Of a DNA stretch of 64,000 nt, positions 19,586 through 29,368 are shown piece after piece. Location: NCBI GenBank assembly GCA_020850715.1, contig JADZED010000050.1:11476-75475 (forward strand), read 5' to 3'. The position numbers were made by a program, and so were the translations under genes. Below the pieces are notes generated by a model. That model saw only the letters and a list, made by a program, of their open reading frames with translations. It was not told the DNA's origin and did not search any database. The stretch is from Acidobacteriota bacterium (GTDB lineage Bacteria; Acidobacteriota; Vicinamibacteria; Vicinamibacterales; CAVVIG01). Numbering within the stretch: position 1 is the stretch's first letter; each line of letters starts with the position of its first letter.

Positions 19586-20437
19586 TCACCTCATGAGCGA
19601 GATGCCGGTCACGATCGAGACGATGAAGGCCGCCACCGTCGCGGCGACGAGTACCGCGGCGACGATCATGTGATCGCCGCGCTCGCGCGTCAGCGGATCG
19701 AGAAACGCCGACGTGAGATAGCCGCCGGCGAAGCCGCCCAGGTGCGCGTAATTGTCGATGCGCGGCACGAGCAGGCCGAAGATCACCGCCTGAATCATCA
19801 CCGAGGTCGCCACGTGCCTGGCCGCGCTGCTGCCCACGCGGCCGTAGTGATAGAGCGCCCCGATCAGGCCAAACAGCGGCGCCGACGCGCCGAGCGTGAG
19901 CTGCCCCGCCTGCAGGAACGGCAGATCCGGCAGGTAGGCGCCGGCGAGCGAGCTGACCGTGAACCCCGCGACCCCGCCGAGGATGTAGATGATCATCGTG
20001 CGCGCCGGCCCGAACAGCTCCGAGATCGCGGGGCCCATCTGCCAGAGCCAGTACATGTTCATGCCGATGTGCAGCAGCCCGGCATGCAGCCACCCGGCCG
20101 TGAGCACGGTCCACCATCGTCCGAGGCGGAAGACCGGGAACGAGCCGCTCGCGCCGAACACGATCATCACGTCGGTGGACGGCTGCAGCATGGAGAAGAG
20201 GCCGCCGCGGCCGATGGCGCTCCCCGACATCAGCAGCGTCGTCAGCCAGACGACGACGCAGGCGCCGAGCACGAGCGGCGCGAAGGCGAAGTCGCCGGCA
20301 AACTGACGCAGCGCCGGACCGAAGCCCCAGAGCCCCGGGTTGGCGCGGCCGCACGTGTAGCACGACCGATCGCGCACGCCGACGAGCGACCCGCAGGAAG
20401 GACATACGACCGAGCCGGTCGTCCGCCGCTTGAGCAT
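19586..20437 (-). CDS. Rhomboid-family intramembrane serine protease with N-terminal zinc ribbon
   Basis: 283 aa. Has CPSCG..CYTCG and WLHAGLLHIGMNM, the catalytic Ser in LGASAPLFG, and His in AHLGGFAGG. Confidence 0.85.
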   Translation of the reverse strand: MLKRRTTGSVVCPSCGSLVGVRDRSCYTCGRANPGLWGFGPALRQFAGDFAFAPLVLGACVVVWLTTLLMSGSAIGRGGLFSMLQPSTDVMIVFGASGSFPVFRLGRWWTVLTAGWLHAGLLHIGMNMYWLWQMGPAISELFGPARTMIIYILGGVAGFTVSSLAGAYLPDLPFLQAGQLTLGASAPLFGLIGALYHYGRVGSSAARHVATSVMIQAVIFGLLVPRIDNYAHLGGFAGGYLTSAFLDPLTRERGDHMIVAAVLVAATVAAFIVSIVTGISLMR

Positions 20438-20445
20438 TTCTCTCG

Positions 20446-20451
20446 ATCATA
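20446..20451 (-). promoter_or_regulatory. -10 hexamer TATGAT, 8 nt upstream of the rhomboid ATG
   Basis: Minus strand reads gcatgTATGATcgagagaaATG. Confidence 0.35.
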
Positions 20452-20469
20452 CATGCGCCGGCGGGTCGG

Positions 20470-23400
20470 ATGCCCGGCGCCACGGGGACCCGCCGCCGTG
20501 CTGCCCCGGCGCTTGCCCCCTTGGCATACACTGCTCCTGTGTTCGACCGGCGCTGGACCATCGGCGCGCTGCTGTTCGGCTCGGGCGGCTGTGCGATCGT
20601 CTACCAGATCGGCTGGCTGCGCGAACTGCGGCTCGTCTTCGGCGCCTCGACGGCGGCTTCGGCCGCCGTACTGGCGGTCTTCGTCGGCGGCCTCGGCGCC
20701 GGCGGATTCCTCCTGGGACCGCGTGCCGATCGGCACGGCCGGCCTCTGCTGCTCTACGCCCGGCTCGAAACGATCGTCGCGCTGTCGGCCGCGGCCACGC
20801 CGCTGCTGCTTGCGATGGCCACCACGCTGTATCTCGCGACCGGCGGCATGGCGGCGCTCGGCGCCGGTGTCGGCACGGCGGTGCGTCTGCTCCTCTCGTC
20901 GCTCGTGCTGGCGGTGCCGACGGTGGTCATGGGCGGCACGCTGCCCGCGGCCGCGCGCGCGGTCACGCGCGACGGGGATGCACGGCGCCAGGATCTCGCG
21001 ATCCTGTATGGGCTGAACGCGCTCGGCGCAGTCGCCGGCGGTCTGATGGCGACCTTCTTCCTCCTCGAGACGTTCGGCACGCGCCGGACCCTCTGGCTGG
21101 CGGCCGCTGCCAACCTGCTCGTCGCCCTGGCCGCGCGCCGGATCGACCGGCTCCTGCCCGCTGCCGATCCTGCCCTCCCGGCCCTTCCGGCCTCTCCGGC
21201 CCCTCCAGCCTCTCCGGCCCTTCCCACCCCTCCCGCCTTCGTCCTCATCGCATCGGCGTCGGTCGGGTTCGCCTTCTTCCTCCTCGAGCTGGTCTGGTAC
21301 CGGATGCTCGGCCCGCTGCTTGGCGGCTCGGTGTTCACCTTCGGCCTGATCCTCGCAATCGCGCTCGGCGGCATCGGGATGGGCGGTCTGCTGTATGCGA
21401 TGGCCTCGTCGTCGGATCGTCCGCCGACGCTGCGGATGTTCGCGCTGACCTGCCTCGCCGAAGCCGTCGCGGTGCTGCTGCCCTATGCCGCCGGCGATCG
21501 CATCGCTCTATTGGCGCTCGTGCTCCTGCCGCTCGGCGCCACCGGCTTCGGCGCGCACACGATCGCCTGGGCGTTGGTGACTGCGCTCGTCGTGCTCCCG
21601 CCGGCCGTCGTCGCAGGCTATCAGTTCCCGCTCCTGCTCGCGTTGTTCGGGCGCGGCCGCGATCGTATCGGGCGGCAGGTCGGCTTCGCCTACGCCGCCA
21701 ACACGGCGGGAGCGATTGCGGGATCGCTGGCCGGCGGCTTCGGCCTCCTGCCATGGCTGTCGGCGCCCGGCGCCTGGCGTGCGGCATCGCTGCTGCTGGC
21801 CGGTCTCGGCGCCTCGGCTGCGCTGCTGGCCGGGCACAGGCGTCCCTGGCGCCGCCTCGCTGCGCCGGCCCTGCTGGGTCTGGCTGCGCTCGCCCTCGCG
21901 GGCGCGGAGGGCCCGACCGCCGTGTGGCGCGAGAGCGGCATCGGCGCCGGCCGCGCGGCGGCCGCGTTCGACGGCCCCAACCGACTGCGCGACTGGATCG
22001 GCCTGCGCCGGCGCAGCGTCCTGACCGAAGGCGACGGGGTCGAGAGCACGGTGGCCCTCGGGCTGGAGCCGTCCGGCTACTCGTTTCTCGTCAACGGCCA
22101 GTCGGACGGGGGCGCGCGATCCGATGCGTCGACGCAGGTCATGCTCGGGCTCACCGGGGCGCTCCTGCATCCGCAGGCGCGGCAGGCGCTGGTCATCGGC
22201 CTCGGCACCGGCAGCACCGCCGGATGGCTCGCCGCCATTCCGTCGATGGAACGGGTCGACGTCGTCGAGCTGGAGCCGCTCGTCGCCGACGTCGCGCGCG
22301 CGTGCCGCGACGTGAACCTGAACGCGCTCGGGAATCCGAAAGTCCACCTGCAGATCGGCGACGCGCGCGAGGCGCTGCTGACCGGGCGCGCGCGCTACGA
22401 CCTGATCGCCTCGGAGCCGTCGAACCCGTTCCGGGCCGGCATCGCGAGCCTCTTCACCCGCGAGTATTACCAGTCGGCGAACCTCCGGCTCGCCGGCAAC
22501 GGCCTGTTCCTCCAGTGGGTGCCGGCGGGCGAGGTCGACGCCCGGACGCTTCGCATCATCTACGCGACGATGGCCTCGGTCTTTCCACATGTCGAAGCCT
22601 GGCAGGGTGCGCCAGACGACCTGTTCCTGATCGGGGCGAAACGACCGCTCGTGTACAGCGCCGGCATCCTCGCCGCCCGCATCCAGCAGGAGCCGTTCCG
22701 GACCGCCCTGCGGCAGACCTGGCGCGCCGACTCGGTGAACGGCCTGCTCGCACATTTCCTGGCCGGCCCGGAAGTCGCTCGCACGATGGCCCAGGCGTCG
22801 ATCGACATCAACACGGACGACCGCAATCTCGTGGAGTTCGGCGAAGGCCGCGCGGCCGGCGCGACCGATGCCGCCGTGGTGCGCGAGCTGCGAGACTTCG
22901 CCGCGCTGCTGGGGGCCCAGCGTCCGGCGATGCCCGATGCCGAGAGCGTCGATTGGAAGATCGTCGACACGGCCTGGGTGGGCTTCCTGGCGTCGGAACC
23001 GAATCCGGTGGAGGCGCGCGTGGAGGAGGTGCCGACCGAGCGTGGGCGCCGGACCGCGCTGGTCGAGTTCTATCGCAACCGCGATCTCCCGTCGGCGCGC
23101 GCGGCGTGGGCGGCGCTCGGCGACGTCCCCCGCGACCAGAACGAACTCGCGATGGCGGCGGCGCTCGCGGCAGACGAGGGACTCGACGAGGCCGAGGCGA
23201 CAATCGACGCGCTGCGCGCCCACGACGCGGGGGAGGCGGACACGCTGCTGGCGACGCTGCGCGCGCGCCAGGCGCGCGACGGCGACGCGGCGGCCGCGCT
23301 CGAGTCGGCGTTCGCCGCCTTCCGCCGCGAACCCTGGGCGCTGCTGCGCCTCAAGGAGCAGGCGGTGGACATGGCCGTGCTGGTCGGCAGCCGGTCGCCG

Positions 23401-23697
23401 GCGCTCGCGCAGCGCCTCTTCGACGCGCTGCGCGAGCCGTTCTCGCTCCGCGCCTCCGAGCACGATCGGCTCATGGCGCTGGTCTCGCTCGCGCGCGCCG
23501 CCGATTTCCGCGGCCTGTGCCGCGACGCGGTCGGCGCCTTCGAGCCGCACGTGCCGTGGAACGCGCCCTTCCTCTCGATCCGGCGGGGCTGCTACGAGAT
23601 GACCGGCGATCCGCGCCTGGCGCTGGCCACCAGGGAGTTGAACGACTATCTCTCGGGCGAGCCGCTGCCGCTGGCCGCCGGGCTGCCGACGCCCTAG
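20470..23697 (+). CDS. Fused polytopic membrane (MFS-like)/spermidine-synthase-like protein with C-terminal helical-repeat region
   Basis: 1075 aa. N-terminal TM bundle (..[25 protein letters not shown]..). Central [12 protein letters not shown] and [24 protein letters not shown]. Start codon not certain. Confidence 0.8.
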   Translation: MPGATGTRRRAAPALAPLAYTAPVFDRRWTIGALLFGSGGCAIVYQIGWLRELRLVFGASTAASAAVLAVFVGGLGAGGFLLGPRADRHGRPLLLYARLETIVALSAAATPLLLAMATTLYLATGGMAALGAGVGTAVRLLLSSLVLAVPTVVMGGTLPAAARAVTRDGDARRQDLAILYGLNALGAVAGGLMATFFLLETFGTRRTLWLAAAANLLVALAARRIDRLLPAADPALPALPASPAPPASPALPTPPAFVLIASASVGFAFFLLELVWYRMLGPLLGGSVFTFGLILAIALGGIGMGGLLYAMASSSDRPPTLRMFALTCLAEAVAVLLPYAAGDRIALLALVLLPLGATGFGAHTIAWALVTALVVLPPAVVAGYQFPLLLALFGRGRDRIGRQVGFAYAANTAGAIAGSLAGGFGLLPWLSAPGAWRAASLLLAGLGASAALLAGHRRPWRRLAAPALLGLAALALAGAEGPTAVWRESGIGAGRAAAAFDGPNRLRDWIGLRRRSVLTEGDGVESTVALGLEPSGYSFLVNGQSDGGARSDASTQVMLGLTGALLHPQARQALVIGLGTGSTAGWLAAIPSMERVDVVELEPLVADVARACRDVNLNALGNPKVHLQIGDAREALLTGRARYDLIASEPSNPFRAGIASLFTREYYQSANLRLAGNGLFLQWVPAGEVDARTLRIIYATMASVFPHVEAWQGAPDDLFLIGAKRPLVYSAGILAARIQQEPFRTALRQTWRADSVNGLLAHFLAGPEVARTMAQASIDINTDDRNLVEFGEGRAAGATDAAVVRELRDFAALLGAQRPAMPDAESVDWKIVDTAWVGFLASEPNPVEARVEEVPTERGRRTALVEFYRNRDLPSARAAWAALGDVPRDQNELAMAAALAADEGLDEAEATIDALRAHDAGEADTLLATLRARQARDGDAAAALESAFAAFRREPWALLRLKEQAVDMAVLVGSRSPALAQRLFDALREPFSLRASEHDRLMALVSLARAADFRGLCRDAVGAFEPHVPWNAPFLSIRRGCYEMTGDPRLALATRELNDYLSGEPLPLAAGLPTP
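21174..21236 (+). repeat. In-frame 9-bp tandem repeat (YCYTCCNGC x7) encoding (P-A-L/S)n
   Basis: cctcccggc ccttccggc ctctccggc ccctccagc ctctccggc ccttcccac ccctcccgc. Encodes the peptide [21 protein letters not shown]. Confidence 0.7.
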
Positions 23698-25559
23698 CCC
23701 GCCTGCTCCCTCCTGGGCCGGATGTTCTGCGCCAGCACGCGCTTCCTGAGCCGGATCGTCGACGGCGTCACCTCCACGAGCTCGTCGTCGTTGATGAATT
23801 CGATCGCCTGCTCGAGGCCGAGGCGGCGCGGCGGGATCAGGCGGATCGCCTCGTCGGCGGTGGAGGCGCGCATGTTCGTCTGTTTCTTTTCCTTGGTGAT
23901 GTTGACGTCCATGTCGCTCGGGCGCGCATTCTCGCCGACGATCATCCCCTCGTACACCTGGACGCCTGGGTCGATGAAGATCTCACCCCGCTCCTGGAGG
24001 TTGGAGATGGCGTAGGCGGTGGCCGGTCCTGGACGGTCCGCGACGAGCGCGCCGTTCTTGCGCGACGGGATCGCACCGTGCCACCCCTCCCAGCTCGCGA
24101 AAATATGGTTCATCATGCCGGTGCCCTTCGTGTCGGTCATGAACTGCGAGCGGAACCCGATCAGGCCGCGGGCCGGGATCCGGAACTCGAGCCGCACGCG
24201 GCCGCTGCCGTTGTTCACCATCCTGGTCAACGCGCCGCGCCGCTCGCCCACCTGCGCGATCACGACCCCCTGGTGCTCCTCGGGCACGTCGATCACCAGC
24301 TCCTCGACCGGCTCGACGATCTGGTCGCCGAGCCGCTTGGTGACGATATCGGGGCGCGACACCTGCAGCTCGAATCCCTCGCGGCGCATCATCTCGATCA
24401 GGATGGAGAGCTGCAGCTCGCCGCGGCCGACGACCTTCACCTGCTCGGGGGAGTCGGTCGGTTCCAGGCGGATGGAGACGTTGCCGAGCAGCTCGCGGTC
24501 GAGGCGATCCTTGATCTGCCTGGAGGTCACGAACTGGCCGTCGCGCCCGGCCATCGGCGACGTGTTCACGCCGAAGATCATCGAGACCGTCGGCTCGTCG
24601 AGGGCGGCCGGCGGAATCGCCTTCTGGTGCTCGGCGTCGGCAATCGTCTCGCCGATGGTGATGTCCTCGATGCCGGCGAGGCACACGATGTCGCCGGCCG
24701 CGGCCTCGGCAATCTCGATCCGCTTCAGCCCCTCGAAGGCGTACAGCCTCGTGACCTTCGTCTGCTGGACCGCCGCGTCCAGCTTGCAGACGGCGACCGG
24801 ATCGCCGACCCTCACCCGTCCGTTGAAGATCCGCCCGATTGCGATCCGGCCGAGATAGTCGCTCGCGTCGAGGTTTGCGACCAGCAGCTGCAGCGGCGCG
24901 TCGGGATTCCCGCGCGGCGGCGGGATGTGCTGCACGATCGCCTCGAAGAGCGGACGCAGGTCGGCGCCGCGGCCGTGCTGCTCGGCGGTGGCCGTGCCGA
25001 GCTTCGCGTTCGAATACAGCACCGGGAACCCGAGCTGCTCCTCGCCGGCGTCGAGGTCGATGTACAGGTCGTAGATCTCGTTGAGGACCTCCTGCGGCCG
25101 GGCATCGGGGCGGTCGATCTTGTTGATCACCACAATGGTGTGCAACCGCCGCTCGAGCGCCTTCCGCAGCACGAACCGCGTCTGCGGCAGCGGCCCTTCC
25201 GAGGCGTCCACGAGCAGCATCACGCCGTCGACCATCGACAGCGTGCGCTCGACCTCCCCTCCGAAATCGGCGTGCCCGGGCGTGTCGACGATGTTGATCA
25301 GGAAGTCCCGATAGTGGACCGCGGTGTTCTTGGCGAGGATCGTGATGCCGCGCTCGCGCTCGAGCTCGTTGCTGTCCATCGCGCGCTCGGCGACCCGCTC
25401 GTTGGCGCGGAACGTGCCGCTCTGGTGCAGCAGCGCATCGACCAGCGTCGTCTTGCCATGGTCGACGTGAGCGACGATGGCGATGTTGCGGCGGAGCGGG
25501 TTGGCGATCGTGCCGGGAGCGAACGGCGCCGACGATGGGGGAGAAAGCGGCGAGGGCAT
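23694..25559 (-). CDS. typA: Translational GTPase TypA/BipA
   Basis: 621 aa. G motifs [17 protein letters not shown] and NKID, with EF-G-like domain order. Confidence 0.95.
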   Translation of the reverse strand: MPSPLSPPSSAPFAPGTIANPLRRNIAIVAHVDHGKTTLVDALLHQSGTFRANERVAERAMDSNELERERGITILAKNTAVHYRDFLINIVDTPGHADFGGEVERTLSMVDGVMLLVDASEGPLPQTRFVLRKALERRLHTIVVINKIDRPDARPQEVLNEIYDLYIDLDAGEEQLGFPVLYSNAKLGTATAEQHGRGADLRPLFEAIVQHIPPPRGNPDAPLQLLVANLDASDYLGRIAIGRIFNGRVRVGDPVAVCKLDAAVQQTKVTRLYAFEGLKRIEIAEAAAGDIVCLAGIEDITIGETIADAEHQKAIPPAALDEPTVSMIFGVNTSPMAGRDGQFVTSRQIKDRLDRELLGNVSIRLEPTDSPEQVKVVGRGELQLSILIEMMRREGFELQVSRPDIVTKRLGDQIVEPVEELVIDVPEEHQGVVIAQVGERRGALTRMVNNGSGRVRLEFRIPARGLIGFRSQFMTDTKGTGMMNHIFASWEGWHGAIPSRKNGALVADRPGPATAYAISNLQERGEIFIDPGVQVYEGMIVGENARPSDMDVNITKEKKQTNMRASTADEAIRLIPPRRLGLEQAIEFINDDELVEVTPSTIRLRKRVLAQNIRPRREQAG

Positions 25560-25565
25560 CCCTTC

Positions 25566-25571
25566 AGTATA
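25566..25571 (-). promoter_or_regulatory. -10 hexamer TATACT, 6 nt upstream of the typA ATG (leaderless-type)
   Basis: Minus strand reads ccggTATACTgaagggATG. Confidence 0.45.
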
Positions 25572-25655
25572 CCGGGCGCGCGGTCATGGACGCCGGCCGG
25601 CCAAGGGGGCGGCGCCTCCACGACTCCTTCACCCTGACGTCCTCGCATTCGAGCT

Positions 25656-26921
25656 TCAAAAGAGCGGGTGCACCGTCGTGAACAGCGCCAGCCCGAGCGT
25701 GTAGAACATCGCGAAGCCGACGACCAGCGCGGTCGCGAGCGGGCGGGTGCGGATCGTGGCGAGCCAGAGGAAGGCCGGAAACAGCACCGCGCAATAGCGC
25801 CCCACCCCCTCGAAGACGCCCGCCGAGAGCGGCAGGTAGAGGTTGGCGAGCATGAACGCGCCGTACGCCGCGCCGAAGCGCCGCCACACCAGCGGCACCA
25901 GGATCACGAAGGCGATGCCGGTGAGGCCGTACAGAGCGTCGTACGGTGCCATCCGATCCCCGGCGAGGTAGGCGTACGGGTGGGTGGCGAGGTTCGCGAG
26001 CAGCCTGAGCGGCGCGAGCCACGGTCGGCCGCCCGGATAATAACCCCACCGCTGCAACGTCGCCGCCCACTCGAAGGGATGCCCGGTGAGCATCCAGATG
26101 TAGGCGGAATAGGCCGCCAGGCCGCTGCCGGCGAGCGCCAGACCGACCGCCGCGCGCACACGCCGGCGGCGGCCAGGGGCTGCGGCGGCCGGCACCGCAG
26201 TGCCAGCGGCCACGGAGGCGGACGTGGTGGCGCCCACCATCGCGCCGGCTGGCGCAGTGCCGCGGACCGCGGCGGCGGGAGCCATGTCCGGCGGCCCGGT
26301 GCCGGATGCCGCGGTGCGCCGAAACGCGATCCAGGCGAGCGCCGGCCACATCAGGATGCCGGGCACGCGCGTCGCCGCCGCGATGCCGCCGCACAGACCG
26401 CCCAGCACGAAGCGATCGGTCCGGAACAGATAGAAGGCCAGCACGGCGAAGAGGAGATAGGTGCTCTCGGAGTACGCGACGCCGAAGAAGAATCCGAACG
26501 GGAAGATCGACAGCAGGAGCACCGCGCGGGCGGCGGCGTCCACCGGGAGATCCAGCCGCGCGAGGCGGTAGAACACGACCGCCGCCAGCACGTAGCTGGT
26601 CCACGCGATCGCGATCGCGGCGATGTAATAGGTGGCGTGATGATGGCCGAACGGCTCGCCGATCCAGCGGATCAGCAGCGGGTAGACCGGGAAGTACGCG
26701 ATGTTGCTCCGGCCGCCGGGAGCGGGCGCGTAGCCGCTCCAGGCGATGCCCTGGAAGTAACCGCTGTCGTAACGGGCGAACGCGTCCCAGAACGGGCTCG
26801 TCGTTCCGAACACCGTGAACTGCTCGGGTTGGTCGAGCGGAAAGACGATATTGCACAGCAGACCGAGCAGCGCCGACGCGAGCCGGAACCCGAGCGCGGC
26901 CGCCGCCACCTGCAGCGCCAT
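25656..26921 (-). CDS. Polytopic GT-C-type glycosyltransferase (PIG-V/mannosyltransferase-like)
   Basis: 421 aa from ATG 26921. Many TMs. Has ..FARYDSGYFQGIAWSGY..YFPVYPLLIRW.. and an Ala/Gly/Pro-rich insert. Confidence 0.65.
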   Translation of the reverse strand: MALQVAAAALGFRLASALLGLLCNIVFPLDQPEQFTVFGTTSPFWDAFARYDSGYFQGIAWSGYAPAPGGRSNIAYFPVYPLLIRWIGEPFGHHHATYYIAAIAIAWTSYVLAAVVFYRLARLDLPVDAAARAVLLLSIFPFGFFFGVAYSESTYLLFAVLAFYLFRTDRFVLGGLCGGIAAATRVPGILMWPALAWIAFRRTAASGTGPPDMAPAAAVRGTAPAGAMVGATTSASVAAGTAVPAAAAPGRRRRVRAAVGLALAGSGLAAYSAYIWMLTGHPFEWAATLQRWGYYPGGRPWLAPLRLLANLATHPYAYLAGDRMAPYDALYGLTGIAFVILVPLVWRRFGAAYGAFMLANLYLPLSAGVFEGVGRYCAVLFPAFLWLATIRTRPLATALVVGFAMFYTLGLALFTTVHPLF

Positions 26922-26947
26922 CCTTCGATCGCCTGGAGCGGTGATGC

Positions 26948-27703
26948 TCACCTGCGGCGGTCTGCGGCCTGCAGTTCGGACTTGATGGCTTCGTCGAGGT
27001 ACTCGGGGACGAGCCCGCCTTCCAGGCGGACGCCGTTCACGAAGAAGGTCGGGGTCTGCCTGATTCCGAGCTGATGTCCGAGCTCGATGTCGCCCTGCAG
27101 GCTCTCGAGCGCCTGCTCGTACTGGGCGTCGAAGTCGTCGATCTGGCCGATCTCGCGCGCACCCTGGCGGACCAGATCGGGCGTGAGGCGCGCCTGGTTG
27201 GCGAACACCCAGTCGATCATCGCCTCCGCGCGCTTGTGCTGCCAGGCGAGGCGGACCGCGGCTGCCGCCTCGCAGGCCGCCGGATGCGGCCCACCGAGCG
27301 CGACATACGGGTTGCACTCGGAGTCGAGCGGATAGTCGACCATCACGTAGCGGACGGCCGACGGGTCCTGCGCTCTGTACTTGTCGATCACCGGCTTGAT
27401 CTCCGTGTGCGTCGTCGCACAGGGCGGGCACTGGAAGTCGTTGAACTTGAGGATCAGCACCTTCGCGCCGCCCGTCGGCACCTCGAGCGCGGCGCGCGGC
27501 TGGGCGGCAAACCAGCGGGCGAATTCGGCGCGTTGGCCCGCGGTCGCCGCCGCCGGTGCACCAGCGGCGGAGGGCGCCGCCTCGGTGCCCTTCGGATCGG
27601 CGGTCGCCGGACGGGAACCGCACGCCGCGAGCGCCGCCGCGGCAAGGATCGCGAACGCGGCGCGCGCGACGCGCACCGCCGGCCCGACGGTACTGCTGTG
27701 CAT
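26948..27703 (-). CDS. DsbA-family thioredoxin lipoprotein (CPPC active site)
   Basis: 251 aa from ATG 27703 (the ORF opens at 27727). Lipobox LAAAALAACGS. Has LKFNDFQCPPC and ..RQTPTFFVNG... Confidence 0.75.
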   Translation of the reverse strand: MHSSTVGPAVRVARAAFAILAAAALAACGSRPATADPKGTEAAPSAAGAPAAATAGQRAEFARWFAAQPRAALEVPTGGAKVLILKFNDFQCPPCATTHTEIKPVIDKYRAQDPSAVRYVMVDYPLDSECNPYVALGGPHPAACEAAAAVRLAWQHKRAEAMIDWVFANQARLTPDLVRQGAREIGQIDDFDAQYEQALESLQGDIELGHQLGIRQTPTFFVNGVRLEGGLVPEYLDEAIKSELQAADRRR

Positions 27704-27749
27704 GACTCCTGCCGGTGCTCCTGCCATGGCTCCTGCGCGGGGACTGTCT

Positions 27750-27755
27750 TAGAAT
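27750..27755 (+). promoter_or_regulatory. -10 hexamer TAGAAT, 5 nt upstream of the ATG at 27761 (leaderless-type); the same A/T core reads TATTCT on the opposite strand
   Basis: ctgtctTAGAATatctcATG. Confidence 0.45.
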
Positions 27756-27760
27756 ATCTC

Positions 27761-27991
27761 ATGCCCCTTTTCGAATACGCGTGCCGCGGCTGCGGCCATC
27801 GCTTCGAGTACCTCACGCGCGAGGGCCGGACGCCGTCATGCCCTGCCTGCGCCGGCCGCGACCTGGAGAAGCTCCACTCGGCCTTCGCGGTCAACGCACA
27901 GGGCGGCGGACGCGAGGCCGGCCGGCCGGCCGCCGGCCCCTGCGGGCAATGCGGCGATCCGCGCGGACCGGGCGCCTGCTCGATGAACTGA
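27761..27991 (+). CDS. FmdB-family zinc-ribbon protein
   Basis: 76 aa. MPLFEYACRGCGHRFEYL..PSCPACAG.. (CxxC-CxxC), with a C-terminal CGQCG. Confidence 0.75.
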   Translation: MPLFEYACRGCGHRFEYLTREGRTPSCPACAGRDLEKLHSAFAVNAQGGGREAGRPAAGPCGQCGDPRGPGACSMN

Positions 27992-28018
27992 GCCGCGCCC
28001 GGCGTCCGCCGCCCCGCT

Positions 28019-29302
28019 GTGCCCCACTTCCTCGGCGCGTTCCGGCATCGCAACTACCGGCTGTACTTCGGCGGCCAGATCATCTCGCTCACCGGCACCT
28101 GGATGCAGTCGGTGGCCGAGGCCTGGCTCGTCTTCCGCCTCACCGGCTCTCCGACCTTGCTCGGCGCGACTTCGTTCGCGACGCTCATCCCGGTGTTCCT
28201 GTTCGCGACGGTCGGCGGCACGGTGGCCGACCGTGTCAACCGGCGCCGCCTGCTCATTGCCACCCAGACGGTGTCGATGCTGTGTCCGCTGGTGCTGGCG
28301 GCGCTCACGCTCGGCGGCGTCGTGCGCGTGTGGCAGGTGTTCGTGCTCGCCACCTGCCTCGGGATCGTCAATGCGTTCGACGTGCCGGCGCGGCAGGCGT
28401 TCCTGGTCGACATGGTCGGCCGGGGCGATCTCGCCAACGCGATCGCGCTCAATTCCTCGATGGTCAACAGCGCGCGGGTTGTCGGCCCCGCCGTCGCCGG
28501 CCTGCTCGTGGCGGCGGTCGGCGAAGGATGGTGCTTCCTGTTGAACGGCGTCAGCTACGTGGCCGTGATCGCGAGCCTGTCGATGATGCGCGTGCCCGCC
28601 GCGCCGGCGCGGCCCCATCCGCCGGCACTGCGCGAAGTGCTCGGGGGCTTTCGGTTCGTCCGCCGGACCGCGCCGGTGCGGGCGCTGCTCGCGCTGCTCG
28701 GCGTGGCGTCGTTTGCCGGCATGCCCTATTCCGTGCTGATGCCGGTCTTCGACGAGCGGATCCTGCACGGCGGCCCGGCGGGCCTGGGCATCCTCATGGC
28801 GTCGGCCGGCTTGGGCGCGCTCGGCGGCGCGATCGCGCTGGTGACCCGCCGCGGCGTGCGCGGGCTCGGCCGCTGGGTCGCGGTCTCGGGCACCGCGTTC
28901 GGCGCCGCGCTGATCGCCTTCTCTCTCTCGCACCGGTTCTGGCTGTCGGCGGCCCTGCTCGTGCCGGTCGGCGCCACGATGATCGTGCAGATGGCGGCGT
29001 CGAACACGCTCATCCAGGCGATGGTGCCCGATGCGCTGCGCGGCCGCGTGATGGCCGTCTACTCGATGATGTTCATGGGCATGGCGCCGTTCGGCGCGCT
29101 GTTCGCCGGCTGGATGGCGGAGCGAACGAGCGCTCCGGCGACCATCGCGCTCGGCGGGCTGGTGTGCATGGCGGCCTCGGCGGTCTTCTACGCGCGCCTG
29201 CCGGCGCTGCGGAATGAAGCGAGGCAGCTGATCGTCGCGCAGGAGATGGCGGGAGGGATGCCGGCGGCGGAGAAGACCGGAGGGAGCGCGCTGGCGCAGT
29301 AG
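28019..29302 (+). CDS. MFS transporter (EntS/MFS_3-like)
   Basis: 427 aa from GTG 28019. FRHRNYRLYFGGQIISLTGTWMQ. 12 predicted TMs. Confidence 0.85.
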   Translation: MPHFLGAFRHRNYRLYFGGQIISLTGTWMQSVAEAWLVFRLTGSPTLLGATSFATLIPVFLFATVGGTVADRVNRRRLLIATQTVSMLCPLVLAALTLGGVVRVWQVFVLATCLGIVNAFDVPARQAFLVDMVGRGDLANAIALNSSMVNSARVVGPAVAGLLVAAVGEGWCFLLNGVSYVAVIASLSMMRVPAAPARPHPPALREVLGGFRFVRRTAPVRALLALLGVASFAGMPYSVLMPVFDERILHGGPAGLGILMASAGLGALGGAIALVTRRGVRGLGRWVAVSGTAFGAALIAFSLSHRFWLSAALLVPVGATMIVQMAASNTLIQAMVPDALRGRVMAVYSMMFMGMAPFGALFAGWMAERTSAPATIALGGLVCMAASAVFYARLPALRNEARQLIVAQEMAGGMPAAEKTGGSALAQ

Positions 29303-29320
29303 ATGAGCGGCTCGGGTGCG

Positions 29321-29359
29321 CAGGGTGCACGGGGGCACCCTGTCGCGCCCCGTGCACCC
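29321..29359. terminator. GC-rich nested hairpins between convergent genes (candidate bidirectional terminator)
   Basis: cagggtgc(29321-28)/gcaccctg(29335-42) forms an 8-bp stem. Alternatively gggtgcacgggg(29323-34)/ccccgtgcaccc(29348-59) forms a 12-bp stem. No U-tract. Confidence 0.45.
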
Positions 29360-29368
29360 GGTGCCTGC

